DNA from: Candidatus Hadarchaeota archaeon
Lineage (GTDB): Archaea; CAYQAE01; CAYVLA01
Direction of reading: 5' to 3'
Assembly: GCA_964621445.1 (NCBI GenBank)
Contig: CAZUNO010000025.1
Coordinates: 1-43,058, forward strand
DNA: 43,058 nt
Shown in pieces: positions 19,099 to 28,056 of the stretch. Within the stretch, counting starts at the first letter, position 1; each line of letters starts with the position of its first letter. The translations under genes and the position numbers were made by a program. The notes beneath the pieces are model-generated. The model was not told the DNA's origin. It worked only from the letters and a program-made list of their open reading frames with translations, and did not search any database.

Positions 19099-20295
19099 AT
19101 GAGCAAATCCGTAATTTCCTGTATCAAGATCTTACTCCTCGCGGTCATCATAATTACAGTCTCCGCTTCGGTGACGGCCAAGATCGATCCCAAGACAAAT
19201 AGAATTAGGCTTTTCCTGTTCGGCGAAGGATGGTCGGTTACCCCTCACATCATGGAGACCGATCCCAAGGTAAGCGTGTCATTCATACCTGCCGGGGATA
19301 GCACCCACTCAAGTCATATGGACAGGTTCATGAGGATATACATGCCCAGGAACTACCAGGACTGGGTAAACAGGGTCGATGTCTTCATGCTTTCCGACCT
19401 GGTCCCCTGGGGATTCAGCGATACCAATTTCATCTGGATGAGGGACTCAATTGTGAATGAGGGTACCGGGATGATCCTCAGCGAAATGGGCTGGTATGGC
19501 ATAGGAGGATGGACCGGGAACGCCTGCGAGGATTGGACAAAAACCACCATCTACGAGGCATACCCATGCGACATGTTGATAAAGAAACAGAACGAGGAGT
19601 GCCCCTTCCTGGACATAGTGAACGAGGGGGAGTTCCTCGATCTTCCTGGCTTTGAGCAGGTGTCATTCGCCTCGGAGCAGGGGATTCACGACCCTAGAGA
19701 GGGATCCACCACCTGGGCCGTTTACAGAAAGGGGAAGGAGGCAGCCATAATCACCCGGCCTTTTGGCAAAGGAATGAGCGTGGCCAACTCCATGGGTATC
19801 GAGAGGTTCACGCAGCCCTTCTACGAATGGAAATTCTACAAGGACTACTTCATTAACCACGTATACGTGGCCGGGGGAGCACCGGTCCCTGCGGACCTGG
19901 AACTCGTGCATAAAATACGCGATCAGCTCAAGGAGTTCAGGGATAGCAGATCCTATATCATAGGCATGATCGACTTCATAGACAAGTTCAACGCAAACAC
20001 CAGGCCTGTGGAGAATATGATGGCCGAAACCCTGCCCCTGAGAACCAACGCCGAGAACCTTTACCTAAAGCAACAGTACCAGGAAGCACAGCAGGTTCTC
20101 GAGGAGGCATCGGAGAGATTCCAGGAGATCAACTCTGAGGCTATAAGGCTTCGGGAACAGGCATTATTCTGGATATATGTTATAGAGTGGACGGCGGTAT
20201 CGGCGACGTTCCTCATAGTAGGGGTGGTCCTATGGGCATTGATGGTACGGAGAAAGCTTTACCGGGAGGTAAAAGTCACTAGAGGCAAGGCCTAG
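19099..20295 (+). CDS. Uncharacterised exported protein with C-terminal membrane anchor (possible GATase-like/DUF1355-type ectodomain); paralogue of 30257-31498
   Basis: N-terminal signal peptide, alpha/beta domain, helical stalk, C-terminal TM ALFWIYVIEW...LWALMVRRKLY. Confidence 0.7.
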   Translation: MSKSVISCIKILLLAVIIITVSASVTAKIDPKTNRIRLFLFGEGWSVTPHIMETDPKVSVSFIPAGDSTHSSHMDRFMRIYMPRNYQDWVNRVDVFMLSDLVPWGFSDTNFIWMRDSIVNEGTGMILSEMGWYGIGGWTGNACEDWTKTTIYEAYPCDMLIKKQNEECPFLDIVNEGEFLDLPGFEQVSFASEQGIHDPREGSTTWAVYRKGKEAAIITRPFGKGMSVANSMGIERFTQPFYEWKFYKDYFINHVYVAGGAPVPADLELVHKIRDQLKEFRDSRSYIIGMIDFIDKFNANTRPVENMMAETLPLRTNAENLYLKQQYQEAQQVLEEASERFQEINSEAIRLREQALFWIYVIEWTAVSATFLIVGVVLWALMVRRKLYREVKVTRGKA

Positions 20296-20304
20296 GTGAC
20301 CTGT

Positions 20305-21222
20305 ATGAAAGCGGATAGAAGCCTGTTGGGAGTCATCTTAATCGCCCTGGTGTTATCCACCATAGTAACCGCCTTCATTATCGGCGAGGATGACGCCCCA
20401 TTCTCCGTGGTCAAGAACGAGTACAGGGAATCCGGAAACGCCAGGTTCATTTCGGGGGTCACTTTGCTGACCAAGCAATCCCTCCCCTGGCTCAGGGTCT
20501 CGCACTACTGCCTCATGAACAGGACCGACCTTATCGGTAATATCTCCCGGCAGGGAACGCCCTGGGAGGTCTGTGAGAGAATGCCGGGAGTACAGGCATT
20601 CCTCAATATATCCACCTTTCGGGACCCCAAGAAGATACGCCTAAAGACCACCATTCCTCTCTGGGAGGACAGGGAAACCCTGGTGGAAAAGGAATTTGAC
20701 GTCTATCTATACGATTTCTCGGAGAGCGCCTGGCACGCGATCCCCGATAAGATAATGTACAGCATCAAAAGGCCCAAGTTCAGATGGGCCCACCTCTGGG
20801 ATTTCCACGATGCATTCGCCTGCCTTTTCGATGAGAACGGGGATCTCACCTACTTCTATATAGGAGTCGCCGATTTCTTCATCAACAAGGTCAAAAGCCT
20901 GGACGAAATGACCATCGAGAGGAACGAGAACACAACCAAGTATCTGGGCCTAAGCGAGGAGGGAAGGATAAAGGAGGGCGAACCGTCGGTGGTAAACGCA
21001 CCGGATAGGGGAGTAATCCTGTTCAAGGACCTTAAGCGAAACGACAGGCTTGCCGTAAAGACGGTTCTAGACCCATCCGTCATGCCCCAAATGCGGAGAC
21101 GCCCCAGCGGTTACATTCCTCTCAACGAACTTATCCACATAGTGGAGATAGAGCCCTCTACGGGAGAAACCGAGTATCTGGCCAATTCGTTCAGGCCGCC
21201 AAAGCCAAAACCGGAGAAATAG
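20305..21222 (+). CDS. Hypothetical protein with N-terminal membrane anchor/signal peptide
   Basis: ATG at 20305 after SD GGTGA; hydrophobic LLGVILIALVLSTIVTAFIIG; no family recognised. Confidence 0.7.
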   Translation: MKADRSLLGVILIALVLSTIVTAFIIGEDDAPFSVVKNEYRESGNARFISGVTLLTKQSLPWLRVSHYCLMNRTDLIGNISRQGTPWEVCERMPGVQAFLNISTFRDPKKIRLKTTIPLWEDRETLVEKEFDVYLYDFSESAWHAIPDKIMYSIKRPKFRWAHLWDFHDAFACLFDENGDLTYFYIGVADFFINKVKSLDEMTIERNENTTKYLGLSEEGRIKEGEPSVVNAPDRGVILFKDLKRNDRLAVKTVLDPSVMPQMRRRPSGYIPLNELIHIVEIEPSTGETEYLANSFRPPKPKPEK

Positions 21223-21231
21223 AACGGGAAG

Positions 21232-22197
21232 CTACCTCAAACCGGGAATGGTCGTGTCACCCTCGGAAGCAGACAAAAGAACCACCCGGCTGGGATGGAA
21301 CTCGTCCGCGATCCCGTAACCGGTTAGAGATGAGATCTCGTCCGCAAACCTCTTGATTTCCGAATATCTGGGCATGTTATCCATCTCCAGCCGGTACCTG
21401 GACCATCCCACGTACATGTAAGCCTTTACCTCCACGAAGTCCGGGGATGCGTTTTCTATCATCTCTGCATATTTGGCGGCGTCGTCCATGTTCAGGCCCT
21501 TTACCATGGTAAGCCTGATCACCGTTCTGCAGTCGAATGAACCTAGATAATCCAGGGTTTCCCTTAGCGAGTCCCAGGTGCCGGATATGCTGGGCCGATT
21601 GACCCTGAAATGACAGGCCTCATCGGTAGCTGAAAGGGAAACGTAGAGCTGGGTGGGCTCCTTGCTCAGGTTCTTGAGGGCCTCGGGGACCGAACCGTTG
21701 GTCACCAGGAAGGTGGTCATGCCCATATCGGAGTAGGCTGAGATCAGCTCGCCCAGGTACGGGTACAGGGTTGGCTCCCCGGCAAGGGATATGGCAGCGT
21801 GTTTGGGGTTCATTGCCTCCTTGAAGCTGGACCGGTCCACGAGCTCGGGGACCCCCCCGTATCCGCTGACCAATCTTCTCTGGGCCTCTATGGACTCCGA
21901 GGCGATTAGTTCAGGTCCATCGACATCCGATCCCATGGAACAGGCCTCGGTCAGATCCACGGGGCGCCAGCAGAAAACGCATTTGAAATTGCAGTAGGCG
22001 ATGCAGGGGGACATCTGGAGACATCTGTGAGATTCTATACCGTAGAACTTCTGTTTGTAGCAGGTGCCCTCCTCGCGCAGGGATTTGCGCAGCCAGTGGC
22101 AGAGCTTGACGCCCGAGTGCCGCCCTACAAGACCGTAACCCTGGCTTCGGAGTATCTGGTAAGGGTCCTTTGAACTCCTTTTCTCATCATCGCTCAA
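21232..22197 (-). CDS. taw1: 4-demethylwyosine synthase (radical SAM TYW1/Taw1)
   Basis: HSGVKLCHW, CYKQKFYGIESHRC, CxxxCxxC (CNFKCVFCWR), AISLAGEPTLYP, EVKAYMYVGWSR. Confidence 0.96.
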   Translation of the reverse strand: MSDDEKRSSKDPYQILRSQGYGLVGRHSGVKLCHWLRKSLREEGTCYKQKFYGIESHRCLQMSPCIAYCNFKCVFCWRPVDLTEACSMGSDVDGPELIASESIEAQRRLVSGYGGVPELVDRSSFKEAMNPKHAAISLAGEPTLYPYLGELISAYSDMGMTTFLVTNGSVPEALKNLSKEPTQLYVSLSATDEACHFRVNRPSISGTWDSLRETLDYLGSFDCRTVIRLTMVKGLNMDDAAKYAEMIENASPDFVEVKAYMYVGWSRYRLEMDNMPRYSEIKRFADEISSLTGYGIADEFHPSRVVLLSASEGDTTIPGLR

Positions 22198-22255
22198 TGA
22201 AGGTTCCAGGGAGGCTCGGAATAAATGTTCTATGATAAAGACCGAAAAGAGTTAA

Positions 22256-22900
22256 TTGGCAGTGCAGGAGGAATACAATGAGAGTTCATTGCTAGACGAT
22301 ATAGATAACATCCACGACATGCTAAAGAGAAAGGACCTGGCCAGGGAAACCTCCATAAAGAAGGTGAGGATACTGATACGCACATCTGGCGACGGGATAA
22401 GGGGGTATCACAGGTCCGATATCAAGGCCGCCGAGAAATGTGTTAAGGAGGCCAACCAGCATCTAACTGACCTTTTCGAGGAGCTATCCGATCATCCCGA
22501 TCTACTTACATCAAACGCGGTCAAGGCAGCGATGACCGAGTTCACCGAGCTCATGGTGGTCCGAAAACTGCTAACCAAGATGGAGATCCCCAGTCTAAAA
22601 GAGGTTGGTGTACCCCCGGTTGCCTACCTGAACGGGCTGGGAGATGCCATCGGTGAGATCAGGCGGCACATCCTCAACCTGCTGCGTGAACACGAGACCG
22701 AACTTGCCGAGGAATACCTTGGGATAGCGGAAAAGATGTATGATGCCCTCATGACATTTGACTACCCAAAGGCCATCGTAGGTAGTCTGAGACGCAAACA
22801 GGACATTGCCCGGAGTCTTCTTGAGAAATCCAGGGCAGATGTGACCAACGCCGTATTGCAGAGTGATCTATCAGAGAAGCTGGACAAGAGGATGGACTGA
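22256..22900 (+). CDS. Translin/Trax (C3PO-like) family RNase
   Basis: All-helical; acidic motifs EFTE and YLNGLGDAIGEIRR, LRRKQDIARSLLE. Confidence 0.88.
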   Translation: MAVQEEYNESSLLDDIDNIHDMLKRKDLARETSIKKVRILIRTSGDGIRGYHRSDIKAAEKCVKEANQHLTDLFEELSDHPDLLTSNAVKAAMTEFTELMVVRKLLTKMEIPSLKEVGVPPVAYLNGLGDAIGEIRRHILNLLREHETELAEEYLGIAEKMYDALMTFDYPKAIVGSLRRKQDIARSLLEKSRADVTNAVLQSDLSEKLDKRMD

Positions 22901-22905
22901 ATTCG

Positions 22906-24462
22906 ATGTCAGGCTGGGACCCCGCCGAAATCAGGGCCAGTGCAGACCGTGACTTCGAGGCTGCCTGGCTGGATACGGCGGATCTAATCAAGAAGGAAGG
23001 AACAAATTTCCAATTGAGGAAGGGGGATGGGGACCCACATCCCATCGAGAGGTCGCGCCAGCAGATACGTTCCATCCTTCTGGAAATGGGATTTGACGAG
23101 GTCATCCCCCCTCTCATTTGGGAGGATGAGCACGTTGCCCGGCAGTACGGGCCGGAATCGGCGGTAATACTGGACAGGTGCTATTACCTTGCCGGGTTGC
23201 CCAGGCCCGAAATAGGGCTGTCAAAGGACAAGCTGGAAAGGATAAGGGAGATAGTTCCCGGGTTTTCTGCCGTTGACCGTTTGACCACCCTGCTGCGTGA
23301 CTACAAGGCAGGTCGGGTGGAGAGCGATGACTTCGTTGAGGAAATGGTTGACAGGTTAGAGATCCACGAGGAACAGGCAACGGAGATAATTGACAAGGTT
23401 TTCGCCGAAATGAAGAGACTTGAACCCCTGCCGACCAACCTGACAGTTCTCTCCCACTTCACCACGGCCTGGTTCCCGATATTGTCCCGGGTGCTGACCA
23501 AGAAGATATGTCCGGTTCAGCTGTTCACCACCGGGCTGAGGATGAGAAGGGAACAGAGGGAGGACGCCACCCACCTTCGCAGTCATTATAACGCATCTAT
23601 AGTGGTCATGGACGAGGACTTCACGCTGGAGGATGGCAGACGCCTGGCCCGACGGGTGGTGGAGAGGCTTGGTTTCAAGGACCTCGATTTCGTGACCAAG
23701 AAGGCAACCTCCAAGTACTATTCACCGGGCTCTGAGGAAGAGGTGTTTGCCCGCCATCCGTCATCGGAGGAGGAAATAGAGATAGCTGATCTGGGGATGT
23801 ACTCCCCGGTGGCCCTTTCCCGCTATGACATACCGTACCCTGTATTCAACATGGGGTTCGGCATAGGCCGTCTGGCAATGATAGAGAGGGACGTCTCGGA
23901 CATACGGGAGCTGACCTACCCCGAGATACAGAAGCCGCCCTTCTTCTCTGATCGGCAGATGGAAAATAGCCTGGAGCCCACGGCTTCCCCAAAAACGGGA
24001 ACCGGAAGGGGGATAATGCAGGCAATAGTGGAAACTGCTAGGACAAATGCAGGCGAAGAGGCCCCGTGTTCCTTCCCGGCATGGAAAGGATCTCTTTATG
24101 GAAAACGGGTTGAGGTGGAATTGACCGAGACGGAGGAGGGCCACACACTAACCGGGCCAGCCGCCTTCAACACAATTAGTGTGGAGGATGGCAGCATCGT
24201 ATCCCATCGCCCTAAGGCGGGGGAAAGCGATCAAGGGTTGACCTACATGAAATCGGTTGCAAGTTACGCCGCCGCCGAAACCGAGACAATGGCCCAGAAA
24301 GGGGAAACCGGGACCGGGGAAATCAGGGTGGGGATGGTACGCTCCCCGTCTGATATCTATCTATCAATTCCCCTTGCCGTCCGGAGGTATATAGAATCAA
24401 ATAACAATAGAATCGACATCGCGGGGCCCATGTTCGCCACCATCCGCTACACGATCGGTTAG
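22906..24462 (+). CDS. sepS: O-phosphoseryl-tRNA(Cys) synthetase (SepRS)
   Basis: QYGPESAVILDRCYYLAGLPRP, RREQREDATHL, TSKYY, GMYSPVAL, RIDIAGPMF. Confidence 0.93.
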   Translation: MSGWDPAEIRASADRDFEAAWLDTADLIKKEGTNFQLRKGDGDPHPIERSRQQIRSILLEMGFDEVIPPLIWEDEHVARQYGPESAVILDRCYYLAGLPRPEIGLSKDKLERIREIVPGFSAVDRLTTLLRDYKAGRVESDDFVEEMVDRLEIHEEQATEIIDKVFAEMKRLEPLPTNLTVLSHFTTAWFPILSRVLTKKICPVQLFTTGLRMRREQREDATHLRSHYNASIVVMDEDFTLEDGRRLARRVVERLGFKDLDFVTKKATSKYYSPGSEEEVFARHPSSEEEIEIADLGMYSPVALSRYDIPYPVFNMGFGIGRLAMIERDVSDIRELTYPEIQKPPFFSDRQMENSLEPTASPKTGTGRGIMQAIVETARTNAGEEAPCSFPAWKGSLYGKRVEVELTETEEGHTLTGPAAFNTISVEDGSIVSHRPKAGESDQGLTYMKSVASYAAAETETMAQKGETGTGEIRVGMVRSPSDIYLSIPLAVRRYIESNNNRIDIAGPMFATIRYTIG

Positions 24463-24464
24463 AC

Positions 24465-25784
24465 TCAATTCATGTAGTCATCGATTCTTCTCTGGAATAT
24501 CCTATCCTTGAGTACCGTGCTGTGTCCTATCCAGGTGGCCAGGTCTATCTCCATCTGTTTATCTATGAATTCCAGAGCTCCGTGGAGGGCATCGAACTTC
24601 TCGTAAGGACCCTTGAGCGCATTTCTCACGTTTTCCCTCACGTTCCAGACTCCAACCGGCATTATATAACCTGGGTGGCTCTCCCTAAGTATGACCACCG
24701 AGGCCTGTTTTCTCTCCCTGTCAAGGCACTCGCAAGTGGCAAGTCGGGCAGCATAGTAGCAGCCTCCTATCTCGGCATACTTCTTCCTGCCCTTATGGCG
24801 CTCCGAGGAGGAGAATATGGCTATCCTGTTGCCCACGGGATTCCAGGCCGACCTCGGTAACCAGGCCTCGACCAGCTCGTAGCTCCAGGCGCCGGGCATC
24901 ATGAGAACCTGAAAACGGTTATCGAGGGTGTTGGACATGTAGACCCGGTACTCGTTGACCGATGGATATCCCTTAACACTGGATCTCAAGTCCTTTGAAA
25001 TCATGCTATCCAGGGCGGTAATGCTCCACCTTGTGGGTACGAAACGCCGGTTATCCCCAATTCCAAAGGCCCCAACGCTAAATGCCCTCTGTATCTTCGA
25101 AAGATACACCCCCTTCCCGTACATGTTCATTACCGCGCCCTTGGACTTGAGATCGGTATCGAAATGTGCCTTTTCTACATGGGGATCCAGCTTGTAGGTG
25201 CCCAGATTCACCGATTTTATCGGTGCCCCAGGGCCAAAGGGCTGGATGTTATCATCGAGAACGATCCTTGACGAGGGTTTCTTGGTGAACTCGGCCTCCA
25301 CCTCGGCTGGCCGTTCGGACATGGCGATCTCCCTGGTCGCCTCCACCGCTCTGCCCCCGCCATCTACATCCCGCACATCCACGGGGCTTTTCCCCCTGAT
25401 AAGGCTGAACCGGAAGCCCACAATATCCTCGATGCTCTTGCCCAGCCATCTCTCAGGAGTATCCATCTCCGAGGTATCGCCGTGCTCGGGGGGTATTAGC
25501 GGTCCCACCGCAACCCGTGGATATCCCGATCTACCGACGAAAACCCCTGGGGGAGAACTCCCGTCTATTTCAGTTGAATTTAGCCTGGGGGCTATCCTTC
25601 GCTGGGCATATAGCTTCACCATTATGGGGCAACGGCTCTTGCCACATAGAAGCTTGGTTCCCCTGCATAGAATGCACCTGGCCTCGCTCTTTGAACTGGG
25701 AACTCTACTGAATTCTAACCGAGAAGGAGAGTCTGACTTTATGGCCTTGAGAATTCTTGGCGTTTTTGAATTTCCCTCTGGCAA
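24465..25784 (-). CDS. nreA: Nre family archaeal DNA repair protein (PCNA-interacting)
   Basis: CxxCRG..LCG..CP zinc motif, GSSPPGVFVGR, VPTRWSITA, GGCYYAARL, PVGVWNVRE, C-terminal PIP box QRRIDDY. Confidence 0.93.
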   Translation of the reverse strand: MPEGNSKTPRILKAIKSDSPSRLEFSRVPSSKSEARCILCRGTKLLCGKSRCPIMVKLYAQRRIAPRLNSTEIDGSSPPGVFVGRSGYPRVAVGPLIPPEHGDTSEMDTPERWLGKSIEDIVGFRFSLIRGKSPVDVRDVDGGGRAVEATREIAMSERPAEVEAEFTKKPSSRIVLDDNIQPFGPGAPIKSVNLGTYKLDPHVEKAHFDTDLKSKGAVMNMYGKGVYLSKIQRAFSVGAFGIGDNRRFVPTRWSITALDSMISKDLRSSVKGYPSVNEYRVYMSNTLDNRFQVLMMPGAWSYELVEAWLPRSAWNPVGNRIAIFSSSERHKGRKKYAEIGGCYYAARLATCECLDRERKQASVVILRESHPGYIMPVGVWNVRENVRNALKGPYEKFDALHGALEFIDKQMEIDLATWIGHSTVLKDRIFQRRIDDYMN

Positions 25785-25832
25785 CGTTATTCCTACGAAT
25801 TCAGGGGATTTAAATCGGACCCAGCCCGGTGA

Positions 25833-26957
25833 CTATCGACAGGCCTTCAGCATTTCATGTCTGAGCTTCTGGTGATCGCCGATTTCATCCGCCCAGTCAA
25901 CGAACTCCTCGACCTCCACCGGTCGATCCTTGAGCTTAGAAAGATAGGCAGCCCCGACAATTGCCATGCTGCGGAGTCCAATATTCTCGTCGGTCATGGA
26001 TCGCTTGCCTCTCAACACGCACTGGACGAAGTTGTTCAGCTCCCCAAAGGTTCCATTTATGCCGGGGATGGGCACTCGTCTCTCGCCCAAGCCGTATAGC
26101 TCAAGCACTATGTGGTCCCCTTCCCTCCGGGCAGAGCCGTTCTCGGCCTGAATGAATGAATTTAGATAGGTCCAGCTCCAAGAGGCCTCGACCATGGCCA
26201 TTGAGCAATCACCGGAGGAATTCTCGTAGGTGATCTTCACCTGGGCGTGGTCCTCGACCTCCACCTTCTGGTAGATTCCTCCCAGCATTCTCCAGGGGTA
26301 CTTTATTCCCAGTTTCACGGCCTTCACCTTCACTGGTTCCCAGTCCTGGAAACCGAGGAGATACCAGCTGCCGGTTATGGGGTGGATGCCGTTGTCCAGC
26401 AATGTTCCCCCACCTCCCAGCTCCGGGTTCCAGAACCATTCCCGGCTCTCCGGGCCGCCGTGTCCCTCGGAGTGGATGCCGATGAAGGGCACCCCCAGGT
26501 CGTGTTTGATCAGCTTCTGGAGCGTGTAGTGATAACCGTCGTAGCACCAGTTCTCGTTGTGCTGGTACAGAGACCCGGAGTCCTCTGCCGCCTCGGCCAG
26601 TGGCTTTGCCTCTAGGTAGTTACGAGCCATGGGCTTTTCGGCGCAAACATGCTTCCCGGCCTGAAGAAGGTCTACCACCATATCCCTGGCGAAAGGAGGA
26701 CTGCAGATGTCGACGATATCAATATCCTGGTCCTTAACGATATCCTCTACACTGTCATAGACCTCCGGTGAACCTCCATCCTCTCCAGACTCGGCCTTCA
26801 TATCCTCAAAACGTTTCACCGACGCCTTCGCACGGTCCTCATCCACGTCATAAACGCCAACGAAGTCCACTTCGGGAATCTTGAGAAACTGGGGCATATG
26901 AGAGCCTTGAAACCTTCCTCCTGTTCCGATTGCAGCAACTGCAACGCGTTTGACCAT
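25833..26957 (-). CDS. Gfo/Idh/MocA family NAD(P)-dependent oxidoreductase
   Basis: IGTGG Rossmann loop, GKHVCAEKPM, GGGTLLDNGIH. Confidence 0.92.
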   Translation of the reverse strand: MVKRVAVAAIGTGGRFQGSHMPQFLKIPEVDFVGVYDVDEDRAKASVKRFEDMKAESGEDGGSPEVYDSVEDIVKDQDIDIVDICSPPFARDMVVDLLQAGKHVCAEKPMARNYLEAKPLAEAAEDSGSLYQHNENWCYDGYHYTLQKLIKHDLGVPFIGIHSEGHGGPESREWFWNPELGGGGTLLDNGIHPITGSWYLLGFQDWEPVKVKAVKLGIKYPWRMLGGIYQKVEVEDHAQVKITYENSSGDCSMAMVEASWSWTYLNSFIQAENGSARREGDHIVLELYGLGERRVPIPGINGTFGELNNFVQCVLRGKRSMTDENIGLRSMAIVGAAYLSKLKDRPVEVEEFVDWADEIGDHQKLRHEMLKACR

Positions 26958-27064
26958 GTGATCACCGACCTACGCCCTCCAAGGACGTACTTGACCTGGC
27001 ACCTAGAGCTGTATTAAAGTGTATCACCATCTACCACGGTCCCCTTAACATCTCCATATAGGCG

Positions 27065-27080
27065 CGAAAAGATATTTAAT
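27065..27080 (+). promoter_or_regulatory. BRE/TATA promoter of tRNA-Arg
   Basis: CGAAAAGATATTTAAT about 28-43 nt upstream of the mature tRNA 5' end. Confidence 0.55.
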
Positions 27081-27107
27081 CCGGCCAGAGGATTTAAGCC
27101 AGGCCGT

Positions 27108-27198
27108 GGGCCGGTGGCCTAGCTGGATAGGGCGGCGGCCTCCTACCTTTTCTCCGGAAGAAAGCCGCAAGTCGCGGGTTCGAATCCCGCCCGGTCCG
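27108..27198 (+). tRNA. tRNA-Arg(CCT) with 17-nt intron at canonical 37/38 (27146-27162)
   Basis: Acceptor GGGCCGG/CCGGTCC, anticodon stem GCGGC/GCCGC, loop CT-CCT-A[intron]A, T arm GCGGG-TTCGAAT-CCCGC, G73; CCA not encoded. Confidence 0.9.
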
Positions 27199-27263
27199 CT
27201 CATTTTCCCTGCTAACTGTCTCAGGTAAAGATACTTGAAACCAGTACTGCCCTCAATCCTATC

Positions 27264-28049
27264 ATGTCTTCTCAAACCAAGATCGGGGGATATAGCTTCC
27301 AGCCAGGACGGCTTTGTAACGATGAGGGCAACATCAAATATTTCGTAAGGAGAACCCGTGGACCGCACCTGATTCTGATTCCAGGAAGTTTCCACGATAG
27401 ACGTTCTTTTGAAATGATCGTTCAAAACCTGGATTCCCGCATCGGGGTCACCATTTCTGAGCTTAGAGGGCATGGAGGCAGCTGGCCACCTCCCGAGAAC
27501 GGCAGCATCGAGCTATTTGCCCGGGACGTGCTCTCAGTTGCCAAAGCGGTCGGGACCCACAGGTTCTTCGTGGGGGGCCACAGCATAGGGGGAATGGCGG
27601 CCCTTGAGGCCGGTAACCTTGCCCCTGATCGCGTTAAGGGGATAATAGCAATCGAGGGCTCGACTAGCAGCGAGGCGAGTAGTGACGCCTTCGGCAATGA
27701 GCATTGCACGACCCTCACCCCGGAACTTGACTCAAGAAGAAGGGTCATAAGGGAATCGGTGACCGAGAATTGGAGCGAGGCCCAGAAAAAGAAATTTGGT
27801 CGCATATGGAGGGAATGGGACGGAACATCGTTCCTTCGAAGTACTTCGCTTCCCATACTGGAGATCTGGGGGGACAGGGGGATGGAGAGACCGACGCTCG
27901 ATCAACTCCAAGTTCCGGACAGGGATAATATAGAGGTGAAGTGGATTCCCGAGGCCTCCCATTCACTAACCCTGGAGGCACCCCGAAGGGTGGCGCAAGC
28001 CATCAACGCCTTTATATATAGAGTCGGAGGGAAATCCCTCCTGGAATGA
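27264..28049 (+). CDS. Alpha/beta hydrolase fold protein
   Basis: LRGHGGS, nucleophile GHSIGG, IWGD, ASHSLTLEAP. Confidence 0.88.
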   Translation: MSSQTKIGGYSFQPGRLCNDEGNIKYFVRRTRGPHLILIPGSFHDRRSFEMIVQNLDSRIGVTISELRGHGGSWPPPENGSIELFARDVLSVAKAVGTHRFFVGGHSIGGMAALEAGNLAPDRVKGIIAIEGSTSSEASSDAFGNEHCTTLTPELDSRRRVIRESVTENWSEAQKKKFGRIWREWDGTSFLRSTSLPILEIWGDRGMERPTLDQLQVPDRDNIEVKWIPEASHSLTLEAPRRVAQAINAFIYRVGGKSLLE

Positions 28050-28056
28050 TGCGGGG

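Noticed and set aside
20293-20304. In-frame TAG between 19099-20295 and the next ORF, suggesting pyrrolysine read-through
   Set aside because: The paralogue ends at the equivalent position, the downstream gene has its own SD (GGTGA), ATG and hydrophobic N-terminus, and TAG is a normal stop for core genes here (SBDS, rpoP, sepS)
25198-25875. Long antisense ORFs (also 2813-3439, 4451-5137, 14802-15389, 39195-40073 and others)
   Set aside because: They mirror well-supported genes on the opposite strand and show no recognisable motifs
27152-27158. CT-CCG-GA inside the tRNA-Arg intron as an alternative Arg(CCG) loop
   Set aside because: It would require excising a 5-nt piece, which is not feasible by BHB splicing
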